Source of the DNA: Emiliania huxleyi CCMP1516 | Taxonomy: Eukaryota | NCBI RefSeq assembly: GCF_000372725.1 | Contig: NW_005201912.1 | Span: 377,711 to 441,710, forward strand | Length of the DNA stretch: 64,000 nucleotides | Direction: 5' to 3' | Part shown: positions 36,575 through 46,345 of the stretch, one piece after another | Layout of the letters: each line of letters begins with the position of its first letter | How positions within the stretch are numbered: the first letter of the stretch is position 1 | The notes under the pieces: generated by a model | Told to the model about the DNA's origin: nothing | Seen by the model: the letters and a program-made list of their open reading frames with translations, nothing else | Database searches by the model: none | Translations under genes and position numbers: made by a program

Positions 36575-39500
36575 TCACGCGAGGAAGCTCTTGCGGTGGT
36601 TGCGTATCTGGTCACAACTCGCCTCGATCGCGTCGACGTACAGCCACAGCGGCAGCAGGTCGAACGGCATCTCCGTCCGGACGCCGACGTCCTACTCGCG
36701 AAAAGACAAGAGTGGACTCTAGCCGAGATGCATCTCCGCCCCGGACGCCGGCGTTCGATGCCAGGCTAAAGTCGCTGCATCTCGGCTGCATCTCGGCTGC
36801 AGTTCGGCTGCATCTCGGCTGCATCTCGGCTCTCTCCGCCTCGATGCCAAGCATGAAGTACGTCATCATCGCGCACACCGGCACGGTGCCCCACGGCCCG
36901 ACGACGGGGTACCTGTCCACAGCTGCGGCCGTGAAGAGACGCTGTTCACGGGCGCGGCGTGCACTGCCAGAGAATTGCGGCACATGACGAGCGGGAGCGA
37001 GGCGCACCTACGGGAGATATGGGGAGATATGGGGGAGATATGGGGGAGATATGGGGGAGATATGGGGGAGATATGGGGAGAGCGGGAGCGAGGCGCACCT
37101 ACCGAGGGAGATATGGGGAGATCTGGGAGATCTGGGAGATCTGGGAGATCTGGGGAGTGGGCGCGAGGCGCACCACACGTACAGGAAGCGCGAGGTGTGC
37201 GTGGTGGAGCCGCTGTACATTGGGGTCCGCATCAGCCGCTCGCAGCCGCCGAGGATGTCCGAGAGCCTAGCCGAGGTGCAGCCGAGGTGCAGCCGAGGTG
37301 CAGCCGAGGTGCAGCCGAGGTGCAGCCGAGATTGTCAGCCGAGATAGTCAGCCCGAGAGCCTCATCAGCCGGTCGTCGATCTGCGCGGCGGCGACCGGCT
37401 CCAGGCCGAGGGCGGAGGAGCGCGAGAGCTTGCCGAGCTCGTGGATCACCTAGACGGGAAGGTTCCGAGAAGAGTCCTCGCCAGCCTGCCGATCTCGCGA
37501 GCAGCTTGCAGAGCTCGTGGATCACGTGGAGCGGCCGGTTGCCGACGTCCTTGGCGAGGAGCGCCTAGCCGAGATCGAGCCGAGATCGAGCCGAGAGGCA
37601 TGGGTAGATTGGCCACTTGCCGAGTCCGTCGCGAACTGCGCCTCGATGTAATCTCGCGCCGCCTCGGCCTCTGCCTCGCGCCCCTCCGCCCCGTCAAAGG
37701 CGCCTGTGGACATGTCTCGGACATGTCGTGGACGTGCCCCGGACATGCCTCCTCCGCCCCGTCAAAGGCGCCTGTGGACATGCCTCGGACATGTCGTGGA
37801 CGTGCCCCGGACATGCCTCCTCCGCCCCGTCAAAGGCGCCTGTGGACATGTCTCGGACATGTCGTGGACGTGCCCCGGACATGCCTCCTCCGCCCCGTCA
37901 AAGGCGCCTGTGGACATGTCTCGGACATGTCGTGGACGTGCCCCGGACATGCCTCCTCCGCCCCGTCAAAGGCGCCTGTGGACATGTCTCGGACATGTCG
38001 TGGACGTGCCCCGGACATGCCTCCTCCGCCCCGTCAAAGGCACCGGCGAAGGCGACGAGGATCTCCTGCTCAAGAGCCGCTCGGTACTCGGACGCCAGCG
38101 CCTAAGATGGTGCGGTCTCTAGATAGGGCAAGCTTCTCCACACACACAGTGGTGGTGGTGGGGCAAGGGCGAGGCTAGTCCCTCGCGACTCCACGTCTAG
38201 ACGACAGGAGCTGGCACGGCATTCAACTTGCAAGGCCCAGTGCGCGTGGGTGAGCGGTGGGGGGGGGGGGGGGATGTGTGCGCGCGCGCGCGCGCGCGCC
38301 TCCTTGGACAGCGTCTCGCTCGAGCCGGACCGCTGCCACGTGTCGTTGAAGGCGAGGCCTGCTCGCAGCGAGAGGAATGATGAAGAGGCCGCCGCCGCCG
38401 CCGCTGCTGCCTCGGCTCGAGTGCGCGACGCCGTCGACGGTCAGGTGGAACTTCATCGTGTGCGCGAACGCAGCGACCAGGCAGACAGCGTGCCGCCGCG
38501 CCTGCTCCGCCTCCGCGTCGCCGCCCTCGCGCGCCATGAAGCGAGAGGCGAGGTCGCGGCAGACCTGCGCGACGGCTCATGGAGGGTTCGTGGAAGGTTC
38601 ACGGCGGTGAGGCGAGGTGCCGAGGGCAGGACGTTGGTCATCGAGCCGAGCAGCACGCGCGCCTAAAAAAGGGAGATACGGGGAGATATGGGAGATATGG
38701 GGAGATATGGGGAGAGATGGGAGGGATGGGGAGGGATGGGGAGAGGTGGGGAGGGGTGGGGAGGGGTGGGGAGAGGTGGGGAGAGGTGGGGAGGGATGGG
38801 GAGAGATGGGGAGAGATGGGGAGGGATGGCGCCTCGATGAAGCGCTCGTAGGCGCGGTTGGTGCGGACCGAGAGGACCAGGCCGAGCGCGACGGAGAGCA
38901 TGGTGAACGGCTCCACCTACAATGACGCCGATCGTGCACTCACGCAGTCGTTGGCGCGACGGAGAGCACCGTGAACGGTCTGTTCCCGGGACCCGGTGCT
39001 GACTTCTGACTGTCGTTGCTGTTTCTCGGGTGTCTGTGCGTGTGCGTCTTGGGTCCGGGGTTGTGTTTTTGCGTCAACAGCTGCACCGGCAGCGTGATCA
39101 TCTCGTGGTGCAGCAGCAGGTCGAAGCCATGCCGCTCCTGCAGAGGGAGGAGGAAGGAGGCGTCAGGCTTCGACTCGCGGCATCGGTGCACGAGGGCTGC
39201 GAGATATGGGGAGATATGGGGAGATATGGCATCGGTGCACGAGGGCTGCGCGCACAGTGGTGGAGTGTGAGCACAGAGTGCACTGAGTCTAGCCGCGGCA
39301 CGAGTCCTCTGGAATGGAGGAGGGCTGCGTGTGTGGCCGCATCTAGGCTGGCGCTCGATCGACTCCACCGTCATGGTGTGCTCGTGCTCCCACGCCACAA
39401 GCAGATTGTGCAGCACGACCGAGGCCGAGATGGAGGTCGTCACAGCCAGGTCAGGATACAGGAGCCGCCGGAATGTGGCTGATCGGAACGTGGTGAGGAC

Positions 39501-39782
39501 GTGCCGGATGTGGCGGTCGGACGACTCGCGGCGCGCCCAGTCCTCGTGCGAGTGGTTGAGGTCGATTGGGTGGCCGCGCCAGCGGCCGGTGACTATATCG
39601 GCAAAGGTCCGCCGCACGCGCGGCGAGTAGAGCACTCGAGTGCTGTCGGTTGCTTCTGGCTGGGGCCGGCGTGCTGCGATGGCCTTTCTTGCCACCTCGA
39701 CGTCGGCGGCGGTGTAGCCGCGCTGTGCCCGCCGGAGCAGAGACGCCGTCAGGGCGCGAGGAGGCGGGCGTCGAACGAGCAT
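36575..39782 (-). CDS. Bestrophin-like anion channel (UPF0187/VCCN type), multi-exon
   Basis: HEDWARRESSDRHIRH, PFTMLSVALGLVLSVRTNRAYERFIEA, ILRTPMYSGSTTHTSRFLYVW, YFMLGIE. Confidence 0.85.
37682..38040. repeat. 68-bp tandem repeat, about 5 copies, forming a bestrophin intron
   Basis: Unit cctccgccccgtcaaaggcgcctgtggacatgtctcggacatgtcgtggacgtgccccggacatgcct, seen directly. Confidence 0.95.
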
Positions 39783-40160
39783 CGGCCGGCCGCACCAACC
39801 AAACCAAGAGTGCCGTCGGTGTGGTGGCCACCAAAACACCTCGGCGAGCAGCGGGTTTCCGGGACCAGCGGGGTATGGGATCGTTAATTGGTGTCAGTCC
39901 GAGCCTGTGTGTTCTTCCCTTCGATATCTACAACGCGTAACTAACCAAAACTACAGAGTGTGCCAGAGAGCGCGCGCACCGACCCCCCCCCCCCCTACCC
40001 CCTCTCTACACTCACTCACGCCACACCCTCACCGCGCACACACGCGCCGTCCGGTGTTGAGCTTGAGAGGTGTTGTTCGCTGCTTCTCTGGGATCTCGAA
40101 CTCTCTCGACAGCGACTCGATGGGACCATCGGGTTGCAATGCACACCAGCGTCGGCAGTC

Positions 40161-41348
40161 TCAGAGAAGCCCAGGCGAAGGGCCCAGGCGCAGGCGCAGG
40201 GCCCAGGTGGCACCACCAATGAGGAGGGCGACATGGAGGACGACGACGAGCGTGATCGCAGGGGCTGAGAGCTCCGGCGGTATCGAGGCTGTGGCAAACC
40301 AGCCTGGGAGCTGCTCTGCTGCTGCCAACGTCACATAGGCGAGCAAGGCGAAGGTGAGGCTGACGAGGACTGTGAGACGGCGGCCCTTACGCACCTCAGC
40401 CTTAAGGGCCTCGGCCTCGGCAGTCGCCTCACGCACCTCAGCCTTAAGGGCATTGGTCTCGGCAGTCGCCTCACGCACCTCAGCCTTAAGGGCCTCGGCC
40501 TCGGCCTCGGCCTCGGCCTTGCGCTGCAGCTGCGCGGTCGCGTCGTCGTGGAAGCGCCGTGCCCAGTCTGAGAACTCCGCGGTGGAAAAGCTTGCGATGC
40601 CAGCCTGGACCTGGTCGAGCGTTGCGGAGCCGTGGGGCAGGTCGAAAAACGCCTCGTACGCATGCAGTGCGCGCTGCTCCTCGAGCCGCGACTTGGTGGG
40701 CGGCCGCGGCCCGGTGCGAGGCTCTTCCGTCTCGTAGTTGTCGATGCCGATGTCGAGCTTCGCAATCATCGCATTGATGATCGTTGTCTTCCAGCCGTCC
40801 GCGCAGCCGAGCTCACCCAGCCTCTTCCAGAACTTGCTCAGGTTGTCGGGCGTCGGCTGTGTCTGGTCAAAGTGCCGTAGCATCTCACCAAAGAGGCGAT
40901 TGGTGTTCTCGATGCCATGAGCCGCAAGCTTCTTCGCCGTCTTAGTTTCCGACTCGTTGCCGAAGCCGACGCCTGGGAAGTCGTGGCGCAGGTCGTTGTT
41001 GAACTTTATATTCTTGATCTTTTTCGCCTTGGCTTCGTCGAGCCTGCTGGAGACAGGCGTGCCGTCGACGTGCGTCGGTAACGTGACGCCGATCTTGATG
41101 CCGACCTCGGCGACGCGCTTGGAGACGGCCTCGGCGACCGCCTCACGGTGTGCCCCCGGCGTGTCTGCACTTTTGAGCAGCGCCAAGAAGGCCGTCTTGT
41201 TGCGGTCGAGCTGTAGGAAGTGACCGAGCAGCTGGTATGTCGTGTATATTCCTTGCTTGTTGAGCTTCTCGGTCGACTGTGGCCCGATGTGATCGACTTC
41301 TTGCAGGTCGCCAGTAAGCTGGTAGGATGCGTCGGTGAAGCATGCCAT
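40161..41348 (-). CDS. Tandem BAF (barrier-to-autointegration factor)-like domains + coiled coil + C-terminal TM helices
   Basis: GDLQEVDHIGPQSTEKLNKQGIYTTYQLLGHFLQL and DLRHDFPGVG…KKLAAHGIENTNRLFGEML resemble BAF (GIG…KL…G…Y.vLG.FL.L). (ALKAEVREATAE)-type repeat x3. Two hydrophobic C-terminal stretches. Confidence 0.7.
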   Translation of the reverse strand: MACFTDASYQLTGDLQEVDHIGPQSTEKLNKQGIYTTYQLLGHFLQLDRNKTAFLALLKSADTPGAHREAVAEAVSKRVAEVGIKIGVTLPTHVDGTPVSSRLDEAKAKKIKNIKFNNDLRHDFPGVGFGNESETKTAKKLAAHGIENTNRLFGEMLRHFDQTQPTPDNLSKFWKRLGELGCADGWKTTIINAMIAKLDIGIDNYETEEPRTGPRPPTKSRLEEQRALHAYEAFFDLPHGSATLDQVQAGIASFSTAEFSDWARRFHDDATAQLQRKAEAEAEAEALKAEVREATAETNALKAEVREATAEAEALKAEVRKGRRLTVLVSLTFALLAYVTLAAAEQLPGWFATASIPPELSAPAITLVVVLHVALLIGGATWALRLRLGPSPGLL

Positions 41349-42194
41349 CGCGCACGGCGCACAGGACAGCCGCGAGGCGGGGGTCACCTGCGGAATCAGT
41401 AAATGTGAGGCTAGGTCTGTGCTGAGGGGACGCTCACGGGGTGCTGCTGAGGGGACGCTCATAGATGCATTCATGCGGGGGCTCATTCGAGCCCGTGTGT
41501 CAAGGTGAGCGGTGATGAAGGTGCAGGTGCAGGTGCATGCTCCAAGATGCGCAGGCGCGAGGGGAGAACCGTCTAAGGCCGAAGCTGTGTTCTGAGGGCA
41601 ACGGCGCAGCTTTGGGAGGGGCGGCGCGACCAGGACCTGGCGAGGTGTATCGCGGCACAGAGCCAGAGAGAGGACCGAGACCGGCGCCGATGAATGCCGT
41701 ACGAAGGTCGTTCGTAACTGACTTGCGAGCACAGAACGGCCAACGTCCCGGACGCTGAACGATGACCGCATGTCGAGACCGCATGGCGCGCAATACTCGA
41801 GCAGAAAAAAATGAAAAGAACGCCTCACGAGACATTGGGGCCGGGCCGCGGGCGCTCGCCGCGCGCAGGTTTCACACATCACCCCCAGTGAGAGCACAGT
41901 GTGTGTGAGTGAGTGACCCTCCTCACGACGTTGTAATCAACCACTACGTAATCCAAACACTACATAATATAAGTAGCTTTTCAGATTTCACTGGGCGGAG
42001 CCACCCCCTACCACTCGGTGGCATTGTTGACTACCACTCGGTGACTACCACTCGGTCCCGCAAGCCGGCAACCACACGCGTACATACGGCGACGCCATCA
42101 ACATCGGCAGGTACTAACCTCAGAGTAGAGAGGTACGGCTCTACCCGGCGCTCTCGTACCTGTGAGCACTCTGGCGCCGTCGCCGAGTTTCCTC

Positions 42195-42707
42195 CTAGTC
42201 TTCCACCATGCTATTGAACGCCTGCCACACGGCCGAGGCGTCGGGCTCAAGCTGCATCGAGAGGAGCTTCGCGTCCAGCCATGCAAGGCAGTCCGCAGCG
42301 GAGGATCCACCGCGGTGCATCTCCAGCGACTGGTCTTCAAACGCCTTGCACTGAGCGAGCATACCGTCCACTGCGTCAATGCCGCCAGCCGTCGCCGTCG
42401 CATCCGCGAGAATCTGCGCGAATCCGGGGATCGCGGCGGCGGCCGCCGCCCTGTGACTGCGCACCGCATCGACTCTGATTTGAGCGCTCGCTCCGGCCGC
42501 CGCCGCTGCTGCCGCCGCTGCCGCCGCCGGACCGGACACGACCTTGAGGTTTTCTGGCCAAACGCTGACGTCGCCACCGCCATCAATCGAAACGCTGACG
42601 AGTCCGTGACTCTGAATCTCCGTCACCGTTCCGCGCTTGCCTGTGATGTCGAGACCAGCGTTCTCCACGGCCATAAGCTCGACGGCTTGGCCAACCTGGA
42701 TCTCCAT
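42195..42707 (-). CDS. Hypothetical protein with N-terminal SH3/KOW-like barrel
   Basis: IQVGQAVEL…GKRGTVTE…VSVWPENL, an Ala linker, then a helical domain. Confidence 0.6.
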   Translation of the reverse strand: MEIQVGQAVELMAVENAGLDITGKRGTVTEIQSHGLVSVSIDGGGDVSVWPENLKVVSGPAAAAAAAAAAAGASAQIRVDAVRSHRAAAAAAIPGFAQILADATATAGGIDAVDGMLAQCKAFEDQSLEMHRGGSSAADCLAWLDAKLLSMQLEPDASAVWQAFNSMVED

Positions 42708-43221
42708 ATGAGTGCGTGTTGGGCTTTGGACAGGGTTCGGGGCGCGCCAAAGTGCTATCTTGGCGCGCAAGAACAGAGGCAAGAACAGAGGTAAGTGAGT
42801 CGGGCCGCCGAAACCAGGCCGCACCTGCGAACAGGAGGGGGCCAGGCGGTGCGAGGGGCCCCGAGTGAGGGGGGCGACCCCACAGCGACGAGCGAGCCGC
42901 TCGGCGGCGCTCGAGCTCGCTGCCTCAAGCTTCTGAAAAAGGTTCTGCATTCGGTCAGACCGAGTGCGAGAGAGTGAGAGAGGGGTGTGTGTGGGGTGGG
43001 TCCACGAACGACGCGGTCTTTTGGGTTGCGTGAACGGCGCCTTCCCTGGGACCCCGTGTTGCTGTGTCATTTGGCCGGGGTTTTATGTGAACGGCGCCTC
43101 GACTGTGTGAGCTTGTGCGTCTTGGGTCCGTGGTTGTGTTTTTTGTGTGAACGGCGCCTCTGAGAGATGTCGCTCTCTCTCCTCCCTCAGGACGCGCAGA
43201 GGCAGCTGCGACCCCGCCGAG

Positions 43222-43431
43222 TAACCCTAACCCTAACCCTAACCCGAACCCTAACCCTAACCCTAACCCTAGGTCAGCGTGTGGGGCTGAGTCTTAGTCG
43301 TCGGCGCTGTGGGGCCAGATCCCAGCGCAGAACCCTGCAACGCTGGCATATACAGACACAACCAGACTAACCCTGACCCTAACCCTAACCCTAACCCTAA
43401 CCCTAACCCTCTAACCCTAATAACCCTAACC
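43222..43431. repeat. Interstitial telomeric repeats (TAACCC)n in two blocks
   Basis: 43222-43270 and 43368-43431, with a few variant units. Confidence 0.95.
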
Positions 43432-43706
43432 TACCCACACCCCCCAACTCCACAGAGACCACACCGCAAATTTGAAAGATCTTGATGAAAATCAGACCCG
43501 ACTGCAAATTTCTTCAAAATTTTCGCAGGCGCTCCGCGCCTGCAGATTTTGAAATAAATTCGACAAAATTGGTACCTGGCCCAACGCCCGCGGCCTCGGC
43601 CTCGGCCGAGCATCCCTCTGAGATCGTGCCACGAGGATGTCATTGCTGGGGGGACACCATTTCGTGCACCGAAAGAATTTTCTAAACGTGTGTTTACTGT
43701 CCTTGT

Positions 43707-45718
43707 TCAAGCCACCACCGGCTGGGGCGCCACCGGCGCCGCACCACCGCCAGTGCCCTCGCCGAGCGGCCTCCCGCGTGCTCGCAGCGTCGCGTACTCG
43801 CCCGAGTCGGAGTAGCGCTGCAGCTCGCGCACGCGGTAGATTGGCAACGGGTGCGTCGCCTCGCGCTGCTGCGACTGCCGCACGAGCCGCCCGAGCCGCG
43901 AGCCGTCGGCAACCTCGTCGTACTGCGCGGCCTGCGCGGGCAGGAGCATCGGCGTCCACGTCGGCCCAACACACCGCCCGCCCTCTCTCGGCTGTATCTC
44001 TCGGGCTGCATCTCGGACGGCGCGGCTACCCCCCCCCCCCCCCCCTTCCCCGGCTTGTTCCACAAAGGCCTGGACGTCCATCGACTTGCCGGACGCCTTT
44101 GAGCCCCCGCAGAGCTTCATCGTGACCGCCTGGACGGCGCGCACGTCGCCGACCGCGAGCAGGGCGGCGCGGTCCCAGGACAGTTCCTATCCAGGGTGCG
44201 GCGAGGGGGGGGGGGGGGGGGGCTGGGGGAGCAAGGCCAAAGCCGCGTCGCTCTCTCTGCCGCCACACCGCAGTCTCGCCCAACACACAAACCAGTCGCG
44301 GTCGCGCACACAAGAGCCGTGGCGGTGGCGCTCTCTGCCGTCTCACCAGCCAGAGTGTCGCCGCCACCAGCAGCGCACCGCAGCAAACTAGTGCAAGGGT
44401 AAGGGTGTGGGCTACCCCCGAAACGCCACGTCCAGAGACAGGCAGGCGCCGGGCGGCGTGCGGCAGTGCAGGAGCAGCGCACCGCCGCGCGTTGCCAGCG
44501 CAGCAGCCGCGTCTGCAGCGCCGCGTCGGCGACGGGAGAGACGCTCGCGAGTGGGCTGAGCACCTGCGGCGAGCGGGCGGGTGAGGGTTGGGGCTGGCGG
44601 TGGTGACGGCAGCGGTGGTGCTAGTGGTGCTGGTGCAGCGGCGGTGGCGGGCACTGGAGGCGGCGGTGCGAAAGCCGCGTTGGTGGCGGTGCTAGCAGGC
44701 GGTGTTGGTGTGATGTCGGTTGGGTGCCGCACCAAGTTGGCCATCGCGATGGCGAGGGAGTGCTCGCACTTGAGGTGGCCGAGCTCGTGGGCGATGACGG
44801 CCTGCACCTGTCGGGAGGAGTCGGCGGCGGCGGTGCGGTGAGCAGGGCAGCGGCAAGGGCGGCGCGATGGCAGCCGTCTTCCACATCCGTGCAGACAGGA
44901 GCCGGACGGCATTCCAAGCGCACGAGGCCTACTGGCGGTGGGTCGGAGGGGGAGGGGGAGGGTGCACCTCGGTCGGCGAGAGGAGGTCGAGGAGGCTGGT
45001 CGTGACGACGACGAACGGGCGGCGGCCCTGCGGCGTCCGACGTGCGGGACGCGGTCAGGGGTGTGTGAGAGAGGCTTCTGACTGCCGTCGCTGACTGTCC
45101 GGACTGGGGATTGTGTTTTTGTGAGAGAGGAATTTGTGGGCCAGGCAGCAGGCCATCTCTCGAGGGAATGCCGTCCCTTTTCTCGGCTGTTTCTCTCGCC
45201 TGCACGGCGACGGTGTACGCGTTTGGGTACGGCGACTGCCGGATGTACAGGTCGGGCGCCGTCTCGATGGAGAGGAGCTTGCACGAGCGGAGGAGGGCCT
45301 GGAGGCGCGGGCGGGGTCGAGGGGAGGCGGAGGCTCGAGGTGCAAGGGTCGGGAGATGAAACGAGAGCCTATGAGACTTGCATTGCGGCACCTGATGCAG
45401 CTCTGGTAGCTGGCGAGGGCCAACTAGCACGCCGCTCGCGATGTTGTCCATGAAGAGTGCGTCCTCGACTAGGGCCGAGAAGGCCCCACGCAGCGCCAGC
45501 TCGACGGGTGCGAAGAAGGTCTTGAGCAGCTGGCTCGCACGCTTGTCCTCTGGGTGCTGGAAGTCCGATGCGGAGAGACCGGGAATGAGAGTTGGCTCAG
45601 GCGCAGCGACCGACTGCATGGAGATGAATTGGGAGACTCGGGGTGCGATCGGAATATTAGGGCGCGACGGGACCAGCGTCGCGAGCAGCGGCAAGAGGGA
45701 TGCAGCGGTCGCCGTCAT
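43707..45718 (-). CDS. M48 zinc metallopeptidase (plastoglobule PGM48/cyanobacterial type), multi-exon
   Basis: DFQHPED, APDLYIRQSPYPNAYT, AVIAHELGHLKCEH (HExxH), THPLPIYRVREL. N-terminus looks like a signal/transit peptide. Confidence 0.9.
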
Positions 45719-46164
45719 CGCTTGACCTTTCGCGGCGCAACCAAGAATTTTACTTAAGCTGCCCTCGAAGAATTTAGCGCGATGGTTCCCTCACACTTGA
45801 TCTTTCGTGGCCGTCCTCCCATCCTTCTCTTGGGATGTCCGTTGGTCCTTTTCTTTCTTTTGATCTTCCATGGGAACAAAAAGCCGCTCCTACAGTGCCG
45901 CGCCCGCCGCGCCGTATGTCCCGCCGTCCGATGTCCTGCCTGCCGCCTGCTGCCGCCGCGCCGCCTTACCGCCGACCCTTATCGTGCCGCGCCGCCTTTA
46001 CACACACACCTTACTTTCTGCTCGACCGAGTTTGCGCTGATGAGCGAACCGAGCCGCCGGGTGCCCCGCAGCGGCCTCGCTGGGCCAGAACATCGGCCCC
46101 GAGTGCTCCGCAGCAGCCTTGCTGGGCCAGAACGTCGGCCCGCGAGGTGGGGTGCTAGTCTGGG

Positions 46165-46310
46165 ACCCATACGTGGCAGTTCCCTTGCTCCAAGCGCTTG
46201 CGCTTCGGCGGTAGTGATCTGATCACCCGAATACCACGTTCGGATCGCTCCTCATCGCAAACCCTGTCAGCAGTTCACCTACGGGTATGTTCGTAAGAGC
46301 TACATACACT
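46165..46310 (+). ncRNA. Conserved structured leader RNA, copy A
   Basis: Shares CTTGCTCCAAGYGCTTGCGCTTCGGCG, CCTCATCGCAAACCCTGT and GTAAGAGC in colinear order with 58536-58687 (-). Contains cUNCGg hairpins. Confidence 0.6.
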
Positions 46311-46345
46311 GAAAAATAAATGAAAAATTTGGCCTCGCACCAAGC

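Noticed and set aside
43030..43160. CRISPR-like repeat-spacer pattern (GTGAACGGCGCCT x3)
   Set aside because: The repeats are only 13-15 bp, the spacers resemble the micro-insertion family, the context is eukaryotic and there are no cas genes. Successive TSDs explain it better.
46255..46266. CAAACCCTG as a telomerase RNA template
   Set aside because: It does not match the CTAACCCTAA expected for the TTAGGG repeats seen in this window.
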